A stretch of 64,000 nucleotides of DNA from NCBI RefSeq assembly GCF_004010195.1, contig NC_057718.1, positions 86,858,139 to 86,922,138 of the forward strand. The letters run 5' to 3'. Positions 11,591 to 25,279 of the stretch are shown here, piece after piece. The stretch's first letter is position 1. Every line of letters begins with the position of its first letter. A program made the translations under genes and the position numbers. This stretch comes from Chiloscyllium plagiosum. Its lineage: Eukaryota. The notes beneath the pieces were generated by a model, which saw only the letters and a list, made by a program, of their open reading frames with translations, ran no database searches and was not told the DNA's origin.

Positions 11591-12724
11591 CAAACATTCT
11601 TGCAACTGTAGCAAAACATATGATATCCCATTGCAATGAATGTCAATATTCCATTTGCCTTCCCAGTCACTTGCTGTATTTCCATATTAACTTTGGGATT
11701 TAAGTACATGGACTCCCAGATCCTGCTGTACCACAGGGGTATGTCATCACAATTAATCAATCTGAGCACAACAGGATGCCAGCAAGTACAAATGAGGTGA
11801 ATAATCAAGTGCTGTTGTTTAAGAGATAGATGGTTGTGGCCCACACATCTGGGAAACTTCAAATAATGCCACTGAATGCTTGCACTAACTTGAACAAATA
11901 GATAATGGCTTGCTGCTGAAATATGGCATCTTCAATGATGGAGCACTCTTTCTGGTGCACTAAAGTGTCAGTCTATATTATTGCCTTTACTGTGTTGAAG
12001 TGTATAGTGGTTTTTCTATCTGGTGTTCTTATGTGTAACATGTTATTGTGTGTGTAAAGTATTAATAAATGCATAGCCTAGTATTGTGAAAGTGCAGTGT
12101 TATTTTAAGAGCTTGGGAACAGGAGGAGGCTATTTATCCCCTCAAGCCTCTTCCATCATTCAATTCGATCATGATTGACATGTGCCAACTCCATATATTC
12201 ACTTATGCCCTAGATCCATCCCATAGTGCCTTTTGCTAACACAAATCCATCAATTTCAGCTTTAATATTGACAATTGATGCAGCATCTGCAGAAGAGTTT
12301 CAAACTTCTATCACCCCTTGCATGATGAAGTGCTGTCTCATGTCTCTGCTGAACAGTCTGGCTTTAAATTATTTGAGAACATTCCTAATTGTGGACTCCC
12401 CAGTCAGCAGAGCTGGTTTCTCCCAATCTAACATTTGTACCTTAAATTTCAATCAAGTCACCTTTTAACCTACAAAATTCCAAGAATTACATCACTATCC
12501 TTTCAATTTAACCATCGGAATTCATTTGACTCGGCAAAATTTCCCAAAATAAAAATATCATATCTAAGACGTGAAGCTCAAAACTAGTCACATTTGTCAA
12601 GATGTGGTCTAACCAGGGCTTTGTACAGCTAATGCATGACATCTATCCCTTTGTATTCTAGTCCCTACATATAAAGGCCAGAATCCCATTTGCCTTTTGG
12701 ATTATTTACATTAATCTACATTTT

Positions 12725-13090
12725 TGAAAATCCATTTGCAGGATAAGGGCATCGCTGGCTGGACTAACATTTATTGCCCATTCCTAATTACCTACAGGGC
12801 AGTTAACAGTCAACCACATTGCTGTGGGTCTGGAGCCACAAGTAGGTCAGACCGGGTGAGGATGGCAGATTTCCTTCCGGAAAGGACATTAATGAACCCA
12901 TTGGGGTTTTTCTGACGATCGACAGTGGATTATTTGTCATCATTAGATTCTTAATTCCAGATTTTGTTTTCCCTTGAATTCAAATGCCACTATCTGTGGT
13001 GGTGGGATTCAAACCCGGGTCCCCAAAATATTGTCTGGTTCTCCAGATTAACAGTACACAGATAATAGCACTCGGCCATTGCCTCCCCCA
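12725..13090 (-). mobile_element. tRNA-derived SINE, near full length
   Basis: Same family as 5530-5890 and 49290-49636; B-box-like gggtttgaatccc on the minus strand. Confidence 0.75.
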
Positions 13091-14319
13091 TTATTTACAT
13101 TTACATTATTTACATTAAGCCTACATTAAAATCCATTGGACACACTTTTGTCCATTCACTTAATTTACCAGAATCTGTAATGTTACACTTTCTTCATGCT
13201 TACCATGACCCATTGGCAAATTTCTATACGAGACTTTCTACCCCACTATATAATTTACTAATGAATACAGTGAGTAGTTGAGGCATCATACAGATCCCTC
13301 TGAGACACTACAAGTCACTTCCTGCCAACTGAAGCACCCCAACCCATATTCTTACACTCAATCTCCTGTCACTCAGCCAATTCCCTAACCAGGCATGGGT
13401 CTAGTGGAGAACTTCAGCAAAAGTTTCTGAAGTCCAAAAAAAATCCATTGACATTCTCCTGTCTACTACTTCAGCCACCTCCTCAAACATATTTAGTCTG
13501 ATTCATCAGGCATGACCACCACCAAATCCTTGCTAGCTCTCTCTCTCTAATCAGCTGAAAAGTTTCATGTGGTTCAGTCACCCTCTTCTGAATTGTACAA
13601 CTCCAGTTTTTTCAGCAACAGGTGACTAACTAATCTACAATTTTCTCATTTCCCTCTGTCATCTCTCTTATTGAGTGTGTAGTGTAACTATACATGCAAC
13701 GTTGTCTTATATATACAGCATGCATTGTGTGTGCATAATATTGAGTGTAGTTTATTATTCTGAATGTGTAATTTTGATACATGCGTAACATGTTAATTTG
13801 CATGTTCTATGCCGCTAAAACCATGCTGAACTGCGGTAGAAACACAACAAAAGACACCAACTCAGCCACACACCAAACATCCTGTCAGCAAAATCCAAAT
13901 GTGGTCTCTCCAGGACGTTGGTGAGCACTTGCTTTCCCTCGCGTAACTTCCTCCAATGTCAGACAAGTTTGAGCAGCTTGGACTAAGTTTCAAAAGGAGT
14001 AAACATCCTTTCATATAATCACATCACCACTTTAGATCATCTTAACATCTTGAAAATGACCTGTCTGCGTTAATTCATGAGAAAATTATATATCTTAAGC
14101 TTTCTGACCCTTTCCTTCAGTCACTCTTTGTGTGAATTAAACATTCTAGCTAATTATCAGTTAGCTTTAATTCCAGATGTAGCCACACATTTTATCTCTC
14201 CTCCTCTCGCTTCTTTGAGACAATTATCACCCAGAACAGAGACTGTCTCACACCTACGTCATATGTCCCTGTGAAATCCGAAGCAGAAACAGATAAAGCT
14301 AGAAATCTCAACAACAACA

Positions 14320-14760
14320 ATTTTCATTGATATAGCAGCTTTATCATACTAGAAAATCTCACAATACTTCACAGGATCTGTAATAGACAACAATTGACAC
14401 CGAGCCACAAAGAGGAGCATCAGAACCTGAGACAAACCAATGTCAAGGAGCACCTTGTAAAAGGAGAGAGAAGCAGCGAAGTAGGGAGATTTTTAAAAGT
14501 TATATCAGATCTTGGGACACGGGTCTCTAAGGCACAGCTACCAATGGTTTGGCCAAAGAATTGGGGGAATGTGATGTTCTCAGGTTGTTGGAGGGTTAGA
14601 GGAGGTTGCAGAGTTGGGGGGTGGGATGAGGGATGTGAACACAAGGGTAAGAATTTTAAAAATCAAGGCATTGCTGAACCCAGAGCAAATATACGTCCGA
14701 AAGCATCACAGAGACAAGAACATCCCGGTGAAATGGATTGTTTCCCTTTGCGCAGCTGAC
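14320..14760 (-). mobile_element. L2-like LINE 3' fragment
   Basis: (caa)n tail and 3' UTR similar to the + strand copy at 58000-58360. Confidence 0.6.
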
Positions 14761-15917
14761 TGAGGTTTCAGTACCTCTTAATTCAACTGTAAATGATTAG
14801 TACTTTGACATTGCATTTCCCCTGCATTAACCCAACATTTTCTAAAAACTCTCGTGTTGCTTGATTTTAAATGAGGCTGTCTAAAGTGAAAGCATGGATC
14901 ATGGGATGGAATCTTGTGCTGCTCACGGAAATAGGAAGCAAGGTAAGCCAGAGAACTTAATTGCACCAGAGACCAACTTGCACTCTCTAGCGTTTACCCT
15001 TTCAGCCCGTCACATTCTGATGTAGCATCACACTCTATTCTGCATCCTGAAAATTTTTCCCTCAATTAACATTTTATCATGGCATTTGTAATTCTATTTT
15101 CCAGCAGCCCATTTCCCCATATCTCTAAATTCAGAAATTCAGGCAGTCTGTGGAGAATTCCTGCTCCCCCAGAATGAACTCTCTTGGATTTGGAAAAGCG
15201 ATAGTCTTCAACTCAGAAACCTATGTCTGTTTGTCTGTTCCTGAAAGTGTGAAGTCTGTAGGTTGCCTTAGACTGGAGAACCCTTAATCGTATGAATTTC
15301 CTTTGCAGAAGATGGCTGTCCTATTGAAACAGGTGCTTACTTTTTTACACCAGCCTGAGTAGTCATTTTTTCTCTCTTGTTTTGGCCATATGCTAGATCT
15401 GTAAACCTGATCTTCAGTGTGGCTGAATCTGTGGACATTGTTCACCCCATCTCAATATTGCATGGAGTTGGATACACCAACACTTCAACCTGTGTGAGCA
15501 GATTTTTATTTTAAATCTGCCCACAGATCTATATCAAAATGTGTCAGCACTTTACTTCAATGTGTTCATTAGGCTCATTTGCTCACAGTGATCACTTGAC
15601 TTGTGAAGCTCACACATCTACTTCCTCAGTTGTACTACTTGGGGTTCATTTCTTGCTTGTAGGAGTCACGCTATGTAAAATATATGATTAGCATTTTTTT
15701 TGGAATTTAGATTTTTTTAAAAGAGAGACATTTGGACTCAGGTTAGTGCTGTGAAGGTCTGCAACCAAATTGTATTGGTCTGTGGTTGTTTGTTTGTAAA
15801 TAGTTTGCTTCCTTCCTCCATTGAAGAGATTTGGGTCAAACACATATCCACACTCAAGTGTCAGCATTCTTGATTGTGAAATATGTATAAATTCTCTACC
15901 ATCTTTACTCTTTTGGA

Positions 15918-16445
15918 GTTATAGAGTCATACAGCATGGAAACAGACCCTTCAGTCCAAACAGTCCATGCCGAACATATTCCCAAAATAAACTAGTTGCA
16001 CCTGCCTGCGTTTGGCCCATATCCCTCCAAACCTTTCTTTCTCGAGTATTTTTTAAAAATGTCTTTTAAATGTTGTGACTATACCCACAATCATCATTTC
16101 CGCTGGAAGTTCATTCCACACATAAACCACACTGTGTAAAAAATTGCCCCTTGTGTCTTTTTTAAATCTTTCTCCTCTCACCTTGAAAGTATGCCCCCTG
16201 TTCTTGAAATCCGAAACCCTAGGGAAAAGACACCTGCCATTCACCTTATGTATACCCCTCATGATCTTATAAACCTCTAAAAGGTCACCCTTTAACCCCC
16301 TATGCTCCAGTGAAAAATATCTCAGCCTATCCAGCCTCTCCCTATACCTCAAATCTTCCATTCCTGGCAACACCTTTTCTGAATCCTCTTCAGCTTAATA
16401 ATATCCTTTCTATAACAGGGCAACCAGATCTGGACACAGTATTCA
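15918..16445 (-). mobile_element. CR1 LINE 3' fragment
   Basis: ORF 16053-16373(-): MLPGMEDLRYRERLDRL...GDLLEVYKIMRG...WNELP. Confidence 0.88.
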
Positions 16446-17575
16446 AGATGAGGCAGAGCTGTAGCAGAGAAATGTTCGGCGATAAAGTAAAAATTTCTTC
16501 TGAAGTCAATTCTCAATTCTTCTCAACTAAAATTCTGGGGTTTTCTGAAATGGACTGCAAACAGAACTAATGACGTAATGTAATTATGATGCTTGTCATA
16601 ATCCAAAATTATAAATATATTATTCCAGTAACACCTCGAGGGTTTTCCCATGTCATCTGTTTGCAGTCACATGTTTTCTTGAAACTGCTGCACTTAGGTC
16701 ACTTCCAGAATTTCAAGCTGACCTTTTTCAACAAAAGGCTTTACAGAACTTGGTCAAAACTATCTGCTGTAACTTTTACCCCTTGACAAGCTATAACCTC
16801 ATCAGCTACTGTCCCAATTAAAGACAAAAATGTATTAACTTGTTCAGCTTCTCATTAAGTATCTAGTTTGGAAGTAAATCTGTACATTAAGAAATATTTT
16901 CTCCTAGATGTACTATTCTGTGATTGATTCGGCCAACTCTGAAGTCAAATCTTCTAGGCAAAATGATTTCTGCTACCTGTGTTCATAATGTAATTATAAC
17001 TTTTCCTTGCTTTAAAGGTTCTTAGCCCTGTAGTACAACAATGCTGTTACTGTGTCCTGCAGCATTGAGGTTTTTCCTGTGTTTGTGCAGTCAAATGAAG
17101 GAATTCCATTGTTTGCAAGTAAAATGTAGGATTCCCATCTTCTGAAACTACATGGATCGTACCTGTCTTTTTCGTAACTTCTCTAGATGAACCTCCCTGT
17201 TAAACAATTCTTGTTTTCTTAAACACTTTTAACTTAACTAATTTCTTTTTAAAAAGGTGTCTGTTTCATTTTGTTTGATGAGAAACGATATTCAGGGCTT
17301 TTGTATTGCTATTATTTGTGTCATTAAATGACAGAACTCTTTCGCTACTCAGTGCACTTGTGAATGGTATGACAAGGCACTGGGCCTCAGAGTTTCTTAG
17401 TTTTGATTTCTTCTCAATTTTGTACAATTTATTCCACCCAACAGTTGCATGAATTATACCACGACGTGCACAATCTACTTACTGTTTCATTTGCTCCCTG
17501 CCCCCTACACAAGAGAAAAGACATAACAGAAGGAGCCGAATAGGGGATATTTCAACTGGCCTTGTTTTACTTCCT

Positions 17576-17692
17576 AGGCGAAAGTGAGGACTGCAGATGC
17601 TGGAGATCACAGTCAAGATTAGAGTGGTGCTGGAAAAGCACAGCAGGTCAGGCAGCATCCGAGGAGCAGGAGAATCGACGTTTCGGGCAAAA
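17576..17692 (-). mobile_element. PLE terminal-repeat fragment, truncated within hammerhead stem II
   Basis: Reverse complement of the 9468-9596 element up to tttgcccgaaacgtcg. Confidence 0.75.
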
Positions 17693-20230
17693 AAAAACTG
17701 CACTCTTCTAACCGCAGCCACCTGAAAATGCAGCTCCATGACCTCAGCACTCCTCCAGAGCATGCTAGTTACATCCGTGCAAATTAGCTACATGCACCAA
17801 CTACAGATTATTTATCCTTGCTTATACATAGAGCTGGAGCACATGTCTGTGCACTGATTGCTTGTTGACGCCATTGCACCTTGTTATTTTAAATCAGACA
17901 CTTCACTCACATCCCTTTAAATAGACACACGCGTCTAAAAATTTGAACCAGCTGGTGTGTGACCTGCTCTCTGCCTTCTGAAAGGTGTGGAAGTAAAAAC
18001 TGACATGAAGGGAGGTGGGAAGCATGCTGAGTTGGCCACAACTTGGCTCAGTAATAGTCCTCTCTCTCCTAACTTTGGGTTCAAGTTCCATTCAAGCCAA
18101 TCTTGAGCAAATAATCCAGCCCGGTACTCTGTTCCCATATTAAGGGAGTGCCACCCTGGTTGATGTGCAATCTTTTGAATCAGACTTTAAAACAATACCC
18201 CATTGGCTCCCTCAGTTGAACATAAAAGATTCCATGTCTTACAACCAGACCCTGGTTGATGTTGCCCAAGTTAATAGAGTTTCGGACAGGACACCTCAAA
18301 TTGTCAAGCTCTCAGGTAAGGAGGGGTGAATAGGCTCATTGTCTTTATTAATCTACAAACCCCTCAGGCAGTCACAGCAAGATTAATTTACCAAGGTTCC
18401 CCTCCATCATGAATGCCTTTCACTCAGGCCAGATGTATTTATGTTTTCAAAGGAGCCAATATTACAAGGCTTTCATGGGTTACTAAAAGAGTAAATTCAT
18501 TAGCTGCTAAATGCAAAAGTAATAGTAACAAAATACACACACATTTAGAAGTGAGTACAAGAGAAAGATAAAAGTTAAAAGACATACAAGCCAGCCTTTA
18601 TGGGTCATTCATGAAGAGTATGTAGTGGAATTTTGATAGATCAACGGTCAATTTCAGGATTCTTGGTTTTGAAGATTAGATGAAATCCTTTAGTCCTGTT
18701 TCTTGTTGACTCATTTGCTGGCTTCTAGCACTCAGTGCAATGCCAGGGTGTCTAGTGGATGGTTTCAAGTGTGACTTTCACAGCACTGTAGTGTTTGAAC
18801 ATACACTGACAGATACAAGCACCTCAGTTCAGTAACACACCTTCTCCAACTAGCACACACAGACCAAGGTTGAACATTAAAACAAGTCAAAGAACTGCAG
18901 ATCTGTGAATCTGAGAGAAAAAAAACCCAGAAATTATCAGAGAAACTCAGCAACATCTGTGGAGAGAAAGTAGAATTAGCATTTCAAGGCCACTTCTTTA
19001 TACTTTTGCATCTTCTAACTTGCATCACTCATTCAGCTGCTTCCCCCAAACTACTCAACAAACCATTGGCAGTGTGTATTATATAGGTATACATGTTATA
19101 TGTAGAATACTTATATACGTGTGCGTGTATGTGTGTGTGTAATAAGTATTCTACATATAAATGTATACCTGTATAATATACTCTGCCAATGGTTTGTAGA
19201 TTTGTTTGAAAGAAGCAGCTAAATTACTGATGAAGGTTAAAAGATGCAAAAGTCTAGAGTAGAGCTTTCTCCCTCTAATTAACCCTTCCTGCAGTGCTTC
19301 TAATCTTTCCTTGCTAAAGTATGGATCAAGCCTCTCTTTAGATATACCAATACTATTTGATTCCTCTACTCCCCTGAGTGCCGTACGCTCGTCAATATTC
19401 ACATTGAAATTCCTTCTAAATTCTTTATTTGATATTATTTGAGTATCATATATGTACGCCTTTTTGCTTTGGGTTCACTCACAAATAGAAACAATTTCCC
19501 TTTTGTGTTTTTTTCATCCCTTTAAAACTTGTCAAACCTCTATAAGGTTACCTCTAAATATTTTATCCAGGGAAAGGCGAGTATTTCTAGTCAAAATTCT
19601 ATGAATTTATTTTAGACTTCATCCACCCCAAGGATGAGGGTTTCAGTTATACTTGGAGGCTAGCAAATTTAGAAGTGCTCAGCTTCGCTCAGAGAAGGGG
19701 AAGAAGATATTTCATAGCTGGTTAATCTTTTTATGCAATAGGTGGTTCAGAAACGTGAAAGCTTTTTATAAAGTAAATGGCAACAGGTTTGGTAACCAGA
19801 GGGCATGAAGTCAGAATAATTAGCAAAGGAACCAAGGGGAAGAAAATACCTTTTCATGCAGAGGTAATGCAAAACCTGAACTTCCAAAATAAATCATCGG
19901 GCAGGCATTTGAAAGAAAAAGAAGAGTTGTGGGTGAAAGAGCACAAGTGTAAAGTTAATTGGCTAGTTGTTTCAAAACAGATAGCATGGGTATGATGGAT
20001 TAAATGGCCTCCTCTTGTGAATGATGAATGAGTCGATGTTTATTGAACATGCTTGTGCTCCCAGCGGGAAGACTTGCTCAATGAGGGTGTGAGCTAAAGG
20101 CTTGATGCTAATGGAGCGATAGATCTTACTGTCATATTCCCATTGAGTGAAGCTCTCTCTCTCCTGTGGTGGGACCACTACAGTAATCCACACCAAAGAA
20201 TTGCTTGTCCTAGTTAATCCTCTTCTTTGA

Positions 20231-20440
<210 letters not shown>

Positions 20441-20677
20441 TGAAAGGATTGGGCTGGTTGCATTCATTGTGAAGGTCAACCCCCAACTTGTTGAGATTAG
20501 CTATTACCTTCTAAATATTTTCTTCGCTGCCCTTCAGAGAGAGAGAAGGAGCTCTGCTGTTGATGAAAGGTTGTCATCCTGAAATGTCAACTCTCTTTTT
20601 CTCTCCTGACAGCCTGAGTACTCCCCTGCATTTTATTTTCACTTCTATTGATGAGGTTCTCTGTTCTGTTTCCACAG

Positions 20678-20804
20678 GTCATTCGGAAGGGGGAGGTGAG
20701 CTGTTGCTGGATCTGCACAAGTTGCAAAGAGAATGAGTACATGCAGGATGAGTTCACATGCAGGGCCTGTGAGCTGGGCTGGTGGCCGAATGCTGACCTC
20801 ACAG
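20678..20804 (+). CDS. GRM1: GRM1 internal exon (127 bp): cysteine-rich domain
   Basis: ttccacAG acceptor, CAG|GTAAAG donor; VIRKGEVSCCWICTSCKENEYMQDEFTCRACELGWWPNADLT(G). Confidence 0.96.
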
Positions 20805-21677
20805 GTAAAGCCACTTTAGGAAAACTGGCCTGAGATTTGGGTAGCATTCTCATAATTAGATTTTGCTGCTTTGACAAAGAACAGGGCAGTTCTTTTCAGT
20901 GTTGTGGTCAAGGTGTTTCTTGCAAACCAATGTCAGTGAAATAAATTATCTGATTATCCTGTCACCGACTGATATCCTTAAGTGGTCAATTGACAACAAC
21001 TTAAAGATCTCTTCATGCTATAGATTATCTCTGGTCCTGGCAGTTGGAGATGAATGTTATTCACAACTCTTATTTCTAATTCATTTCTTTATTTTTTAAA
21101 TATTTTTTCCCTAAAATTTGTATTTAAGCATCTGTACGGAGGTAGTTTGTACCCAAGATGGTGCCATAAGTGGCAACTTTTAAACTTTTCACTGTATTCC
21201 TGTGAGTACAGGTGACAATAAAGCTAATTCTAATTCTATTGTGATCCGTAAACTGTATGGTCTGCCTGCTGGGTGAGGTGGGCTGTGGTGGAGGCCTTTA
21301 ATCTTTTCCAATCTGTGTTTGTTTGTGGGCACGAAGGACAGAAGCTAACCTTGCCTCCAAGCCCCCTGACACCCCCCATCTCTGCATGGCACCCCACACT
21401 CCCACCACATCATCTCCCCTCCAACCAATTCCCCCACCTCCCATGCCCACAGCTTCTGGACTTCTGTGACTCCAGTTGGCCAGCAGCTTGATTGACCCTG
21501 AGGCAGGAGATCACTATCCCAGTGACCACCTAAGTGCACAATAGGTGCGTGATCTGTTGTGCTTTCCAGTCTGTATTGATGGGAATGAGGGAATCTTGCC
21601 TATTTTACACATACCACCACAGTTAGATCAAAAGTGGAGATTCCATCCAATGTCTTTTGTCTTGACCTTCATGAAAT

Positions 21678-22215
21678 ATTATTGCATGCAATTGTGGTCT
21701 CCTTCCTATCGGAAAGATGTTTTGAAACTTGAAAGGGTTCAGAAAAGATTTACAAGGATGTTGCCAGGGTTGGAGGATTTGAGATATAGGGAGAGGCTGA
21801 ACAGGCTAGGGCTGTTTTCCCTGGAACATCGGAGGCTGGAGGGTGACCTTATAGAGCTTTATAAAATCATGAGGGGCATGGATGGGGTAAATAGACAAAG
21901 TCTTTTCCCTGGGGTGGGGGAGTCCAGAACTAGAGGTCATAGGTTTAGGGTGAGAGGGGAAAGATATAAAAGAGACCTAAGGGGCAAGCTTTTCACGCAG
22001 AGGGTGGTACATGTATGGAATGAGCTGCCAGAGGAAGTGGTGGAGGCTGGTACAATTGCAACATTTAAAAGGCATCTGGATGGGTATATGAATAGGAAGG
22101 GTTTGGAGAGATATGGGCCGGGTGCTGGCAAGTGGGACTAGATTGGGTTGGGATATGTAGTCGGCATGGACAAGTTGGACCAAAAGCTCTGTTTGGATGC
22201 TATACATCTCTATGA
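21678..22215 (+). mobile_element. Young CR1 LINE 3' fragment
   Basis: Very similar to 10410-10940; C-terminal part of ORF 21545-22141. Confidence 0.9.
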
Positions 22216-22570
22216 AAGATGTTAAGGCTGTGTGCTTTTAATATTCCCCAACACCATAATGATAACTTTTGCTGGAGTAATGAATTCATGGCCACCAGCT
22301 GCCCAACTACCCAATTTTCATTTGAGTTATATAGAAGGTTTAGTTTGGGATTATGTTCAACATGGATTGGTTGGATGAAAGGCCTGTTTCTGTGCTGCCT
22401 GACTCTATGACTCTATGTCCAGCACAGGAAACGATCATTGAGCCCAACAGTTTAGTATGTCGATGGTACATCATCGCATATCTATCAACATATCTATTTA
22501 GTCCTTATAGTTGTGAAGCATTCACTTATATGCATCTATTCTAGTCAACTGGTCCACTCCTTGTAGTCAT

Positions 22571-23098
22571 AAAGTGAGGCGCTGGAAAAGCACAGCAAGA
22601 GAAGAGCAAGAGAATTGACATTTCGGACATAAGCCCTTCATCATGAATGTGGGGGCTGAAGGGGGCTGAGAAATAAATAGGAGGGTGGGGTAGGGGAGTG
22701 AGGGAGCAGGGAAAGTGATAGGTAGATGCAGGTGGGCAGTGGTGGTGATAGGTCAGAGGGGAGGATGGAGTGGATAGGTAGGAAGGAAGATGGACAGATA
22801 GAACAGTTCAAACCACTCTCTTGAACATATCTGTCCATCTTCCTTGCCACCTATCCACTCCACCCTCCCCGCCAACATATCACTATCACCCCAACCTGGA
22901 TCTACCTATCACCTTCCCAGCTACCTCACCCCCACCCCTAACCTCCTATTTATATTCCTTTCATGCTCCACATTCCTGATGAAGGGCTTATGTCGTGAAA
23001 CATTGATTCTCCTGCTCCTCAGATGCTGCCTGACCTGCTGTGCTTTCCCAGCGCCATACATTTCAATTCTGATCTCCAGCATCTGCAGTCCTCACTTT
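22571..23098. mobile_element. Foldback element made of two inverted PLE terminal repeats
   Basis: Termini aaagtgagg (22571-22579) and cctcacttt (23090-23098); 18-bp perfect inner arm 22783-22800 vs 22828-22845; degenerate hammerhead in each arm; 13/15 TSD-like match 22553-22567 vs 23101-23115. Confidence 0.8.
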
Positions 23099-23214
23099 GT
23101 TCCACTCCATGCAGTAGCAAGTCTCACATTCTCACAAGTTTTTAGGCAGGAAATAATTTGCTGAATTCCTTACTGGCTTTATTAGTTGCTATCTCCTACA
23201 GTGACCCTCATTTT

Positions 23215-23455
23215 TAGTGGCATGGTGGCTCAGTGATTAGCACTGCTATCTTACAGTGCCAGGGACTCAGGTTCAATCCCTCCTTTGGGCGAGTTTGTTT
23301 ACATGGGTTTCCTCCAGCAGTCCTAGGATGTGCAGATTAGATAAATTAGGCATGGGAAAATACAGGGATAAGGTAAGGGGGATAAGCCTGCATGGGACGC
23401 TGTTCAGAGGGTCAATGTAGACTTGATGGGCCAAATAGCCAGCTGTAGGGATTTT
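23215..23455 (+). mobile_element. HE1/V-domain-type tRNA SINE (internally deleted)
   Basis: A box ggtggctcagtgattag, B box ggttcaatccc; partial V-domain. Confidence 0.75.
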
Positions 23456-23702
23456 ATTTAAAAATAAAATGGGGAAACATCTTCTCCAGGTCCACCCCTT
23501 TCAGATTTCTTCATAATGTTAAAGATCTTGAGTAGGTCTTCACTTTATAGTCTTTTTTTCACTATGTGACATGAAATTTGAATGTACGGGCATCCCAAAG
23601 ATCATGAAGCAGGGATTATTTATTACACTGTTATCAGATCATTGCAAATATGAAGGAATATTAATGTTTAAAGAAGAAGACACAGTATTTACCTAGCTAT
23701 AA

Positions 23703-23997
23703 TGGGCGGCGAGGTGGCTCAGTGATTAGCACTGCTACCTCACAGCACCAGGGACCTGGGTTCAATTCCAGCCTTGGGTGACCGTCTGTGTGGATTTCCT
23801 CCAGGCACTCTGGTTTCCTCCCACAACCCTAAAATGCACAGATTGGGGTGGATTGGCCATGCTAAATTGCCCATAGTGTTCAGGGATGTACAGGTTGGGT
23901 GCATTAGTCAGGGGTTAAATGTAGAGGAATGGATCTGAAGGGTCGGTGTGGACCTGTTGGGCCAAAGGATCTGTTTCCACACTGTAGGGATTCTGTG
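23703..23997 (+). mobile_element. HE1/V-domain-type tRNA SINE
   Basis: gggcggc...gtggctcagtgattagcactgct...ggttcaattcc head; CR1-like tail ctgtttccacactgtagggattct. Confidence 0.85.
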
Positions 23998-24719
23998 ACC
24001 TATCAGGCCTCCTTCCCTGAAAGTCACCCTTTTCTCTTGGGGTAGGGGTGGGGGTTCTGTTTGACTGTTCCAGCTGACCTCCCTCACCAATGCCACCTGC
24101 TGCTGGAGGTCCCATTACATAGCCAGAACAGCCCCAATATTTTTCATATCTCCAGGTGGTTGTAAGCTCTGGTTTTTATAGTGTTTTCACCACAGTTTCC
24201 ATAGTCTTTTCACCATGAACAGCATTACATAAAATCCAAACCTATCCTCATATAATATTCTCACCCTGTTTTGCAAGGATCAGCAGGAAGCAATTAAGTC
24301 ATATTTCTCTCACCATCTGATGTAGCAAGATCAGTTGTAGCAACTTCTGTTGCTGTCCTGGATGAAACTGGCCTCATTTCATATAAAGGCTGACTAATAT
24401 CTGGAACATCCTTGTCACGTACTGGAGGAGTCTCCTTCCAATTTCTTTAATGTCCTCAATAGTTCAATGCACAATGAGCCAGGACATACTTTAACTGATG
24501 AGTGAACAGCAGCCTCCATTTATTTTACCCTTGTCCATTTATTTTCATGAAACTTTGCACTGAATGTTGCTGTGGCTGAGGGCACAGAGTCCTCCACTGG
24601 GCTTGTGGGAATTGTCTGAACAAGGTAAAAAGTAGTGTGCCTCTATAACTGATCAGATTGAAATATTCTGAATTGAACAATGGAGACCAGCGGAAGGCCT
24701 AACCTAGAATAGTGTGTTA

Positions 24720-25275
24720 TTAGTGAAAATCAACATCCCGGGAGATACCATTGGCCAGAAACTGAAATGAATTTGCCACATACAAACTCTGGCTACAAAA
24801 GCAAGTTAGAGGCTAGAATTTCTGCTGCGAGCAACTCACCCATTATTACAACAAAGCCAGTCAAAATACACAAGTCAGGAGTGTTATGGTATACTTCTCA
24901 GTTGCCTGGATGGGTGCAGCTCCATCAACACTCAAGAAGCTTGACTCCCATCCAGGACAAAGCAGCCCATTTGACAGGGATCACATCTACCATCATCAAT
25001 ATTTCCTCCCTTGTTCACCATTGTACAGTAGCAGTAGGGTGTACCATCTACAAGATGCACTACAGTAACACACCAAGGTTCCTTTGACAGCACTTAAACT
25101 GGCATCCTCTACCATCTAAAAGGACTGGAGCAGCAGATGCATGGAAGTACCACCATCTGAAAGTTCCCCTCCAAGTTACATCATTCACCATTCTGACTTG
25201 GAACAATATCACTCTTACTTTACTGTTGTTGGGTCAAAATCCAGGAAATCCCTCCCTGCCATCACTGTGGGTCAT
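24720..25275 (+). mobile_element. Non-LTR retrotransposon (CR1/L2 group) RT C-terminal fragment
   Basis: AWMGAAPSTLKKLD / IQDKAAHL / HHCTVAVGCTIYKMH across shifted frames; related 3' fragment at 56620-56900. Confidence 0.7.
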
Positions 25276-25279
25276 TGTA

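Noticed and set aside
18250..18860. Possible solo LTR
   Set aside because: No second copy, PBS/PPT or TSD could be identified.
23703..23775. tRNA genes at SINE heads (also 31247, 33660, 45103)
   Set aside because: A/B boxes continue directly into the V-domain and LINE-like tail; no complete cloverleaf.
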